From the sequence record PV037725.1: a stretch of 64,000 nucleotides of DNA; one strand, 5' to 3'. The notes beneath the pieces are model-generated. The model did no database searches, had not been told where the DNA came from, and worked only from the letters and a program-made list of their open reading frames with translations. This document shows positions 34,858 to 42,738 of the stretch, piece after piece; the first letter of the stretch is position 1, and every line of letters starts with the position of its first letter. The position numbers and the translations under genes were made by a program.

Positions 34858-35349
34858 ATGCACATTCAATACAACACCCCTGCACACCGGAAGCTGTTCA
34901 AAGAATTCATCAAGCGTTATGACGATTGTGATAAAGTTGAGAACATTGAACCACGTGTTCGTCAACTGAGTCAAATCGTTCGCGAGTCTGGATTGGGTGT
35001 TAGCGTCTGGAGTTGTGAAGGTCACGACGACGATATGTTCTGTCCATACACTGGTTACGTGATGTTTATGGCACGTAATCGGGATGCAGCTACTAAGCTG
35101 GTTGATGTATTCCAGCGCTGCTCCGCTTCAGTGGTGGATGTCCTTGGTTGGGAAGGACTACCTGAGATCGAGACCCCGTTGGCTTTCTTGGAAGAGGACA
35201 CCAGCTACCCGATTGTCGTCATCCGTAGTCCGTCTTTCACTACTGCTGAACAGGCCGATCAGTTCTGGGACATCGTTACACGTCGTACTTACAACCACCT
35301 CGTACATTACATGTCGGTTAACCCTGAATTTCAAAAGGAGTCTGCTTGA
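34858..35349 (+). CDS. hypothetical protein with TYW3/Taw3-like N-terminal motif
   Basis: AGGAG RBS; IEPRVRQLSQIVRESG..SVWSCEGH. Confidence 0.45.
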   Translation: MHIQYNTPAHRKLFKEFIKRYDDCDKVENIEPRVRQLSQIVRESGLGVSVWSCEGHDDDMFCPYTGYVMFMARNRDAATKLVDVFQRCSASVVDVLGWEGLPEIETPLAFLEEDTSYPIVVIRSPSFTTAEQADQFWDIVTRRTYNHLVHYMSVNPEFQKESA

Positions 35350-36047
35350 TGCGTGCACCTAAAATCATTGCTCTGGTAAAAGCTATTGCCTTGTCTCACG
35401 GTGTTAAAGTTGACAAGCTTCACGTAGGCTACGATGCAGCCATGGTAATGCATGGTCTGTTGACAGAGTGTGACAGCATCGAGCTGTTTGTCGATCAAGA
35501 TACCTGGTCAGAATTGGCCAAGTGGCACAAGCCATTGTTTGATTCGTTAGGTGGTCGATTGCAACTACCCAACAATGTTACAGTGGCAACCATAAGCGTT
35601 CTTGAAGTGGAGCACACGTGGGACACACGTTCTGAAGTACGGGTGGCCACACCTGAATCCCTGGAACTGGCGTACACGCGTTTCGTTGACAAGATGTACT
35701 CTTATCGCAACGGTCGCTTCGCGCTCGATAAGCAGTATGCTGAGCTGGCTGGTGTACATATTAATCGCAATCGACGTCTGCGCCATGACGCTAAATGCGC
35801 AGAGCTGAAAGGTCACGCTCAGTTCATCCTGGGTATCCCTAATTTGATGGGTGTTGTCAAACTGGGTATGGGTCTGACTGGGGATGAGACGATCGAAACT
35901 GAAATCAAAGATTCGAATCATCGCCGATGGCAGATCAAGCTGACTGCGCAAAGCTTGTCGGTACGTGAAGAAGTATTGTCTACCGCACGGGTTGGCGCAC
36001 ATTACATCTATAGTCTGGATAACATCCATCAGTTAGTACAGGCGTAA
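35349..36047 (+). CDS. degenerate nucleotidyltransferase-like protein
   Basis: GYDAAMVMHG....CDSIEL resembles the G-x-A...HG..T-x-DID Pol-beta-fold motif. Confidence 0.4.
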   Translation: MRAPKIIALVKAIALSHGVKVDKLHVGYDAAMVMHGLLTECDSIELFVDQDTWSELAKWHKPLFDSLGGRLQLPNNVTVATISVLEVEHTWDTRSEVRVATPESLELAYTRFVDKMYSYRNGRFALDKQYAELAGVHINRNRRLRHDAKCAELKGHAQFILGIPNLMGVVKLGMGLTGDETIETEIKDSNHRRWQIKLTAQSLSVREEVLSTARVGAHYIYSLDNIHQLVQA

Positions 36048-36050
36048 GTC

Positions 36051-36305
36051 ATGGGTTTGATGTACGTATTAAGTATGCTGACAACCTTCTCGGCCGCGTT
36101 CGTAAAAACGTTTCAACAACGTAATATCGTTCAAGGTCGGATGAAGTCAGCTTTCTTTATGTCCTGGTTAGTTACTGGTCTAGAGATCACAACGATTGGC
36201 ATTGTGGTTAAAGAAGGTTGGTACGTTTTATTCAGTGCAGGTCTAGGTGGCGCCATCGGAGTTGTAGGCGCTATGAAGATGCACTCAAAATTATTCAAGG
36301 AGTAA
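36051..36305 (+). CDS. membrane protein (3 TM)
   Basis: Hydrophobic; GLGGAIG motif; UPF0316-like. Confidence 0.65.
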   Translation: MGLMYVLSMLTTFSAAFVKTFQQRNIVQGRMKSAFFMSWLVTGLEITTIGIVVKEGWYVLFSAGLGGAIGVVGAMKMHSKLFKE

Positions 36306-36308
36306 GTT

Positions 36309-36812
36309 ATGACTAACAATGAACGCAAGATGGCACCTGGCCCAGTTCTGTCTGAATTGAGCTATTTGGAATTCCATCGCGAAAAAGGTGTGTTGGCAAA
36401 CGGTACCTATCGCGTTATCGAGCACGATGGTGAGATCAATTACGCCGTGCTCGGCGACTGTCGCGGGTTGTTGATGTTTGACATCGACTGGTATACTGAG
36501 GACGAGTATATTGGTTATCGCGAAAGTGATTCTCGTCTGAACTCCATCATGGATTTTGATCCTGACCTCGACGAAGATCTGATGGATTCCTGGGATATCG
36601 CGATGCACCAACCAATTGGAGTTAGCTTCCCACCCGACCAACACAACACTCGTGACCACAGCGACTACGCTATTAAAGGTAGTGACACTAAAACCCTCGG
36701 TGAGATACTACGTGAGTTCAAAGGTACTGACATTCGTCAGATGAATGAAGCCCAGTATGCCGAGCACTGTGAATCAGTTGAACAAAACCGTCGTGATGGA
36801 GTAACAATGTAA
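36309..36812 (+). CDS. acidic hypothetical protein
   Basis: AAGGAG RBS; 167 aa. Confidence 0.75.
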   Translation: MTNNERKMAPGPVLSELSYLEFHREKGVLANGTYRVIEHDGEINYAVLGDCRGLLMFDIDWYTEDEYIGYRESDSRLNSIMDFDPDLDEDLMDSWDIAMHQPIGVSFPPDQHNTRDHSDYAIKGSDTKTLGEILREFKGTDIRQMNEAQYAEHCESVEQNRRDGVTM

Positions 36813-37039
36813 TGCTGGTTGTCCCTAATATGCAAGTAGAAGTAACTCGTGGTTCGATCGAAAGCGTGTTGCTGGCTGGTGGTTGTGTTGGCTATCTCGG
36901 TACGGGTAACCCTCGTACCGTTTATGCCGTTGGTAAGCCAGATCACTTGGCTCAAATGGTTCAGCGTAAGGGCGTCACAGTAGTTGGCGAAATCCACAAA
37001 ACCCCTAAACTCTACGGTGTTACTAATGAATTGGTTTAA
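36812..37039 (+). CDS. hypothetical protein
   Basis: TAATG overlap; 75 aa. Confidence 0.65.
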   Translation: MLVVPNMQVEVTRGSIESVLLAGGCVGYLGTGNPRTVYAVGKPDHLAQMVQRKGVTVVGEIHKTPKLYGVTNELV

Positions 37040-37280
37040 GAAGTGGTTCCTTCGTCCGATCTACGTAACACTAAACGCGATCTCGTTGTTCCTGATGGCA
37101 GCTATGCTTGCTACCATTCTGGGGTGCTGGTACGTCGGTGTATCATGGGGTGAAACCTATACCATCATCAGGCCGTTCTGCACGCTTTACAGTTTACTGT
37201 TCCTTGGGGCATATTACCTTAAATGGGAATACGTCTATGGACCTCAAAAGAAACAGGAGTTGAAAGATGGTACTACCTAG
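37026..37280 (+). CDS. membrane protein (2 TM)
   Basis: ATG 37026; hydrophobic helices. Confidence 0.65.
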   Translation: MNWFKKWFLRPIYVTLNAISLFLMAAMLATILGCWYVGVSWGETYTIIRPFCTLYSLLFLGAYYLKWEYVYGPQKKQELKDGTT

Positions 37281-37569
37281 AAACGAACATCCGATGGGCA
37301 AAACTGAAATCGCAGCGAAGGTTGCTGCGCGTAAGGCTAAGTCCGAAGCATGGACCTTCATCGGTCACATTTTGAAGTTGATCGCCTGGTGGCCGCTGCT
37401 GATGATTATTACAGTGTCGATCGTAAGTTCGGCGTCACAGATCCTTTTACAGGACCTGACGGTGGATCAAAAGACGCTGTGGATTCTTACTCAAAACTGG
37501 CCAAGTCTCCTAATATGGATTGTTGCATACTACGGTATCCGTCGATCCGCAAAATATCTCGGATGGTGA
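37267..37569 (+). CDS. membrane protein (2 TM)
   Basis: AGGAG RBS; hydrophobic helices. Confidence 0.65.
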   Translation: MVLPRNEHPMGKTEIAAKVAARKAKSEAWTFIGHILKLIAWWPLLMIITVSIVSSASQILLQDLTVDQKTLWILTQNWPSLLIWIVAYYGIRRSAKYLGW

Positions 37570-37572
37570 AAC

Positions 37573-37764
37573 ATGAAATGGTTAAAATACAATTGGTTGA
37601 TGATCCTCCTTGACATCCGCTACGCTCGTAAGCTGGCGCATGTAAACCGTAATCGTTTCAAGTACGACAAGTATGGTCTTCAAGTAGCTCAACGTAAGGT
37701 AGTCCACCAATGGGCTAACGCTGAGCGTGATCGCATCTATCATTCCATCTATGGAGAAATGTAA
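37573..37764 (+). CDS. hypothetical protein
   Basis: 63 aa, in operon. Confidence 0.55.
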   Translation: MKWLKYNWLMILLDIRYARKLAHVNRNRFKYDKYGLQVAQRKVVHQWANAERDRIYHSIYGEM

Positions 37765-37955
37765 TGGACTTTAATTATCGCGTTAAAACACTGGGCTATA
37801 CCACCGACCAACTGCTGGCGATGGGCTTCAGTGTTAACACCTACGAGTGCCAACCCGGTGAACTCTGGGCTATCGCTTGTTCGGGTAGTTCGATGCGTAG
37901 TCTGATCAAGCGTCACAACCTGACCATCATCGGTCAACCAGAAGCAGTTCGCTGA
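37764..37955 (+). CDS. hypothetical protein
   Basis: GGAG RBS, TAATG overlap. Confidence 0.6.
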   Translation: MDFNYRVKTLGYTTDQLLAMGFSVNTYECQPGELWAIACSGSSMRSLIKRHNLTIIGQPEAVR

Positions 37956-38326
37956 TGGCGGGTAATTGGCGTGATATCGACTTCAACCTCCCTGCGGGTG
38001 AAGCTTTTGTAAAAGCCATTCGTGAGAAAGTAATGACCTGTCACCAAAACAAGTTACAGGTCATGAATATCCACCTCGGCTTCGAAGCTAATTACGTCGG
38101 CTATGGTCGTGTAGGTATTGATGACGTCGTAGCTAATGGTGGTATCGTTGCTTGGGGTGAAGGATTCACTGTCATCTGGTCTAACGAGTTCTGGGATGAT
38201 CGTAGTTTACCGATCAAGAAGATTCCAGTCTACAAGTTGGATGAGGAACAACGGGCGATGTACGACCAGAGGCTTGAAAAAGCACAACGCTGGATCATCT
38301 ACCCAACTAACTGGAAGTCGACATGA
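37955..38326 (+). CDS. hypothetical protein
   Basis: TGATG overlap; 123 aa. Confidence 0.65.
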   Translation: MAGNWRDIDFNLPAGEAFVKAIREKVMTCHQNKLQVMNIHLGFEANYVGYGRVGIDDVVANGGIVAWGEGFTVIWSNEFWDDRSLPIKKIPVYKLDEEQRAMYDQRLEKAQRWIIYPTNWKST

Positions 38327-38577
38327 TCACTACACGTACAGAAAAGCTGGAACAGTTGCTGACTGAAAACTGCCGTAAAGCCTTGGCTGAAATCGACGAG
38401 GTTATCCAAGCTCGCAGTGTCTACGAAACCGATTTAGTGGATGGAGATTTCGGATTTCCATTCCAGCTTAAAACGGAACTGGCTGCGGGTGAGGAAGTTC
38501 TGGTTAAAGAGGTATTGACTCTTGCCGGTTGGAAGGATGTCGAGCTAAGTAAATCCTGTGGTCACTTTTATTTCTAA
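38323..38577 (+). CDS. small protein, L-x-x-x-GW family
   Basis: EVLTLAGWKDV. Confidence 0.65.
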   Translation: MITTRTEKLEQLLTENCRKALAEIDEVIQARSVYETDLVDGDFGFPFQLKTELAAGEEVLVKEVLTLAGWKDVELSKSCGHFYF

Positions 38578-38587
38578 GGGGTAATGT

Positions 38588-38854
38588 ATGACAGATGTAT
38601 TTATGATGGTTGCAACTGTAGCCGTTCTCGCGATTGGTGGTCAAAGCACCTCCATCGAACCTAACTCCATCACGAGTGAAAAGATCCAGGTAGGTGGTGG
38701 GTTTGACCCCGAGGGTAAGTGCCGTATAGTGGAAGAAGCTTTCCATGAAGGTAATGGCCCTGTGATAACTCGTGGTAACAAACATATCAGTCGCGTGCAA
38801 TCACCGGGTGGTCGACACGTCATCGAAACCACAACTTTCTGCGTGGAGATCTAA
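38588..38854 (+). CDS. small secreted protein
   Basis: Signal-peptide-like N-terminus; two Cys. Confidence 0.6.
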   Translation: MTDVFMMVATVAVLAIGGQSTSIEPNSITSEKIQVGGGFDPEGKCRIVEEAFHEGNGPVITRGNKHISRVQSPGGRHVIETTTFCVEI

Positions 38855-38855
38855 C

Positions 38856-38996
38856 ATGTCTTGGGAAATCATCTGCTACAATGGCGATCGTTACAAATCG
38901 GATCGTAATGAATTGTTGACCACCTTCGTCGAACGTTGGAAGGTCGAACACAATCAGGTTGAAATTAACATCCGACAAGTCATTAACCACCATTAA
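38856..38996 (+). CDS. small hypothetical protein
   Basis: GGAG RBS, ATG 38856; 46 aa. Confidence 0.55.
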   Translation: MSWEIICYNGDRYKSDRNELLTTFVERWKVEHNQVEINIRQVINHH

Positions 38997-39006
38997 GGAT
39001 CTAATC

Positions 39007-39279
39007 ATGAGTACAACGGCATATCAAGTAATCCAGTACACTCGCTCACCGCTGGCACAACTGGCCCTACGTCGGGTACAGGGTGAGCTGGACCGGCTGA
39101 TTGAAGGTGGACCGGGTGAAACGTTCTACGATCTTCCAGTTGTTGTTAAGATGCCCGATGGGTTCACTGATAACGACATCTATGCGATCGTAGCCACGCT
39201 TGAGCACGATGGTTGGACTTCCGTCTATGTTTGTGGGGGTATTCTGTATTTCAACTTCCCACCAGTGAAGGGCGCTTAA
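39007..39279 (+). CDS. small protein, L-x-x-x-GW family
   Basis: AAGGA RBS; ATLEHDGWTSV. Confidence 0.65.
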   Translation: MSTTAYQVIQYTRSPLAQLALRRVQGELDRLIEGGPGETFYDLPVVVKMPDGFTDNDIYAIVATLEHDGWTSVYVCGGILYFNFPPVKGA

Positions 39280-39284
39280 GCAAC

Positions 39285-39491
39285 ATGGCTATCTCGATTC
39301 CAAAGAGCACGTTTTACCGCTTCACGTTTGACGATACACTGGGAACTCGCTACGGTCAGCAGTTCTATGATTACATGGGTTTGGAAAAGATCACTGACCC
39401 ATTCAACAAACTGTGGTGTGATCAGATGTATAATGCGTCTCATCACATCGCTAGACAAATGATTCTTACCGCGCTTGACCACGATAACTAA
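39285..39491 (+). CDS. hypothetical protein
   Basis: ATG 39285; 68 aa. Confidence 0.6.
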   Translation: MAISIPKSTFYRFTFDDTLGTRYGQQFYDYMGLEKITDPFNKLWCDQMYNASHHIARQMILTALDHDN

Positions 39492-39504
39492 TAGGTGTTA
39501 AACG

Positions 39505-39834
39505 ATGTACGAAAATCGAGACGATACCCTACCCCGCGCTAATGACGTAATGGGTCACTTCAAGCGTAACGTCAGGCTAGCTGCGCTGAATAAACTGCGT
39601 GACGCCTTCAAAGCTGGTTGGAGTTCACCCATTAAAATCACCAACCCGCTGGATTTCAAGATTGAGGTTTCTTTTGGAAGAACGCTACCTCTTGATGTAG
39701 TCGAGGCGGTCGAAGCCGAGTTGAAAGAACACGGCTGGACAAATTACACTATGGTTATTAAGAGCGTAGACGGGGTGGCGACACACAACCTAACTGTGCT
39801 GCTTAATCAAGAAGAGGCAGCTAAGTATGCCTAG
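39505..39834 (+). CDS. small protein, L-x-x-x-GW family
   Basis: AELKEHGWTNY. Confidence 0.7.
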   Translation: MYENRDDTLPRANDVMGHFKRNVRLAALNKLRDAFKAGWSSPIKITNPLDFKIEVSFGRTLPLDVVEAVEAELKEHGWTNYTMVIKSVDGVATHNLTVLLNQEEAAKYA

Positions 39835-40108
39835 TACTGACATTCCTGAATTGGTGCGGTTGATTAAGATCACCATGTCTAAGCCGCCACACCAGGATGT
39901 ATTCGATCCAGCGATTAAGCCGTACTGGCGAGTGGCCATGCCACGACATATGTCACCTGAAGATCAGATCGCATTGACGACAGGTCTTGGGTTGGTCGTT
40001 GGTCAATATCAGTTCTGTGGTAATACTGATAACAACGGTAAAACCCAAGTGCTTAAAATCCACGAAACACCACCCGAAGGTTACTACGATGGCAAAGAAA
40101 CTCAGTAA
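39827..40108 (+). CDS. hypothetical protein
   Basis: GAGG RBS; 93 aa. Confidence 0.65.
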   Translation: MPSTDIPELVRLIKITMSKPPHQDVFDPAIKPYWRVAMPRHMSPEDQIALTTGLGLVVGQYQFCGNTDNNGKTQVLKIHETPPEGYYDGKETQ

Positions 40109-40244
40109 AGCAAAACGTACCAACTTGGTTGCGATGGTGGCACAAGCCGCCTGGGAGCAAGGGCGTGACGAGCGCGCCCGGTTGTACTCGCAGGGTTTGA
40201 TGCGCGACTATCGCGGTCGTACCCGTCACCAAGTTATTTGGTGA
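40089..40244 (+). CDS. small basic protein (51 aa)
   Basis: MAKKLSKAKRTNL... Confidence 0.6.
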   Translation: MAKKLSKAKRTNLVAMVAQAAWEQGRDERARLYSQGLMRDYRGRTRHQVIW

Positions 40245-40247
40245 GTC

Positions 40248-40385
40248 ATGGCCAAGAAGTTAAGTAAGGCTAAACGTCGTAATCTCAGAACTTTGATCAG
40301 CGAGTCGTTGCAACGTAAAATCGAAAAGCAATGGCAAGCTTTTGAAGAGCGTCAAAACCGAGCCTACATGGCAATCTATTGTTAA
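40248..40385 (+). CDS. small basic protein (45 aa, not in ORF track)
   Basis: MAKKLSKAKRRNL...RAYMAIYC. Confidence 0.6.
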   Translation: MAKKLSKAKRRNLRTLISESLQRKIEKQWQAFEERQNRAYMAIYC

Positions 40386-40400
40386 CCTAGGAGAACTGTA

Positions 40401-40670
40401 ATGCTCCCTAAGAAAATGGATGTAATCCGTCAGTCATATGACGACTGGATGAAAGCTTTGGTCGTCACGTTGGGTGATCATTTGGCAAAGGCCGACTTCA
40501 GCAATGCAGCCAATGCCGATTGGTCAATGGTGTTCCATGTGGGTAAAGTACTCACTAGTCTGGAGCAATTCCAGATTCGCCATGAATTGGAAGCCGCTGG
40601 CTGGGGTTGCTCTGTGCGAACCCGAAACGTGTCCGAAGATTCCCTGGTCGTCTACATTCGTCTCAACTAA
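40401..40670 (+). CDS. small protein, L-x-x-x-GW family
   Basis: AGGAG RBS; HELEAAGWGCSV. Confidence 0.7.
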   Translation: MLPKKMDVIRQSYDDWMKALVVTLGDHLAKADFSNAANADWSMVFHVGKVLTSLEQFQIRHELEAAGWGCSVRTRNVSEDSLVVYIRLN

Positions 40671-40679
40671 GGACACACT

Positions 40680-41024
40680 GTGATTAATTACACCTTGATC
40701 GGCTGGACAGCTATCTGCATTGTTTCAATGCTGTTGGTTATCAGATTCTGGAAAGTGGGTATAGTCAGCAATAGTATTCCAGTCAAACGGTTGGAGTACT
40801 ATTACAAACGCTTCGCCCTGCGTCGGAAGTTTAAGAAGGCCGAGAGTATGTTGATGTGGCATACTTTCGGGTTAAGTTTCTTTGACATGGCTGGCGCACG
40901 CAAGCTGGGTATTCGGCAGTACGGATGTTTGGTTGAGCAGCACTTCAGTGAGCATAAGTGGCTGAACGCGCAGTATCAACCTTACTTCAGTGACCGCCTT
41001 GACATCGCCTCTCCGGTGACGTGA
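40680..41024 (+). CDS. N-terminally anchored membrane protein
   Basis: AAGGA RBS, GTG start; N-terminal TM. Confidence 0.65.
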   Translation: MINYTLIGWTAICIVSMLLVIRFWKVGIVSNSIPVKRLEYYYKRFALRRKFKKAESMLMWHTFGLSFFDMAGARKLGIRQYGCLVEQHFSEHKWLNAQYQPYFSDRLDIASPVT

Positions 41025-41057
41025 CATAAAGCCCCTCCGCAAGGAGGGGCGATATGC
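41024..41057. terminator. bidirectional terminator, GCCCCTCC family
   Basis: ACATA-AA-GCCCCTCC-GCAA-GGAGGGGC-GA-TATGC. Confidence 0.8.
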
Positions 41058-41073
41058 TGTTATTTTTTTTTCG

Positions 41074-42735
41074 TTACGGACCGCTACGAACGAAGATAGG
41101 TACGCCAGTCATTGCAAGCTGTAGATCAGTGTCGTACATCTCTTTGATCCACTGGATGCTCAACAGCTCACCCATGTTCAAATCATTGTTAACCGTCAAC
41201 ACTTGGTTCCACTGTTGTACACTGAACTTGTAATCCCCGTGAAGGAAGTGCAAGATAAAGTGAGTAGGTTCAGGAGCAAACTCTTCCACTTCAGTGTTGA
41301 TCAATGGTTCAGCATTGTAGTACATCTGTTGTAACCAACTAGTCAGACTGTTAGCCCCATTTTGCAGACGTAAGTTCCAGTTGTTAGCTGCCACGTATTC
41401 CAAGTCGGCTCGAAGACCACGTCCGTAAGACGAATCAACGTCTGGTCGTGGATACACGGCCCAGTTAGCATCGTTAGGACCAGCATTCAACAGAGCGATC
41501 TGGAATGTGGATACGTAACGGAATGGCGCAAAGCGACCATCTACTTCATTGAGGTTCACAGCGTAAGTCAATGTCTGCACTTCACCGTAAGCTCGTGGAC
41601 GATAAGGAGCCGAGTTAACCCCGAGTTCTACGTACGGTGTGACGTTATAGAAACGTGCACGATCCATGTTGTACAACCAGAACTCAAGGCGATAACCGAT
41701 AGCTGCGTTAACCCAAGTAGGGTATACGAACAGGCGGCAACTATAAGCACCGTCAGCAGCTACAGTACGAGCGATGTAGTTCTCAGTAATAGCTCGATCC
41801 GCAGAAGGGACCAACTGATAACTAATCTCATCATCAGCCAACTGATAACGTGCAGCCAGAGGGAACTCTTGACCTTCAGCGGTGGCGACGTAGTTCTCCA
41901 AGCCCAGAATGGTGAATGGCGCAGGGCCAACATCATAGCGAGCCTGTTGACCGCCACGATACTTCACCAGACCTTGCATCGGCAACGACTTAACCATGAC
42001 GTTGAGTGGGAACTCAATCACCTTAGGATCAGACGCAGAGATGAACGGGGAGGCCAGTTGGATACCTTCAACGTAACGTTTAGATTGGTCAGTCTGACGG
42101 AGTACTTCCGTATTCATAACCAACAACTGCGCGTAGGAGATCACACCTTCTTTGTCATCGTAAGCTACCAGGGTAACCCGCTCAGAGTCTTCAAGGTCTT
42201 CAGTCGAGAAACCAACCATTGGGATCTTAATGGTCGAAACCTTAGATCCAACGATAGTAGCTGACTCAACTGGAATGTATGGTCCCAAGAAGTCACCTGA
42301 CGAGTTGTAGAAGGCCGAGATCATCTTACCCGTTTCTTTATTGATATCACTACCTTTAAAGACAGCGTAAGACGAAACCATCGAGCCATAGAAGTGCAGT
42401 CGTGCATCGGGGGCCAGTACGTACGGCGTTACCGATGTATCAATGAAGCAACGATACGATTCAGAACTATAGCCTGGGCCAACACCAACCAGAACGTTTT
42501 CTTCACCATCGGGGTCGGTATGGGCTGGCCACTCAATTAATTCGAGCGTGGGAATCCAGGTACCTTGCTCAACGTCCGTAACACGTAGTTGTCCACGACC
42601 ATAGTCGATAACCATGTCATTGACGTTAACTACGTATTTATTTGTCTGGCCTGCGACCAAGACGATCTCATCGATATACCAAACCCGAAAGCCACGGTTC
42701 GGGTTATAGAAATCTGAGTTTTGATAATCAGCCAT
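41074..42735 (-). CDS. virion structural protein (phiKZ gp26-like)
   Basis: 553 aa; size and position in the conserved block divergent from the sheath gene. Confidence 0.65.
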   Translation of the reverse strand: MADYQNSDFYNPNRGFRVWYIDEIVLVAGQTNKYVVNVNDMVIDYGRGQLRVTDVEQGTWIPTLELIEWPAHTDPDGEENVLVGVGPGYSSESYRCFIDTSVTPYVLAPDARLHFYGSMVSSYAVFKGSDINKETGKMISAFYNSSGDFLGPYIPVESATIVGSKVSTIKIPMVGFSTEDLEDSERVTLVAYDDKEGVISYAQLLVMNTEVLRQTDQSKRYVEGIQLASPFISASDPKVIEFPLNVMVKSLPMQGLVKYRGGQQARYDVGPAPFTILGLENYVATAEGQEFPLAARYQLADDEISYQLVPSADRAITENYIARTVAADGAYSCRLFVYPTWVNAAIGYRLEFWLYNMDRARFYNVTPYVELGVNSAPYRPRAYGEVQTLTYAVNLNEVDGRFAPFRYVSTFQIALLNAGPNDANWAVYPRPDVDSSYGRGLRADLEYVAANNWNLRLQNGANSLTSWLQQMYYNAEPLINTEVEEFAPEPTHFILHFLHGDYKFSVQQWNQVLTVNNDLNMGELLSIQWIKEMYDTDLQLAMTGVPIFVRSGP

Positions 42736-42738
42736 CGA

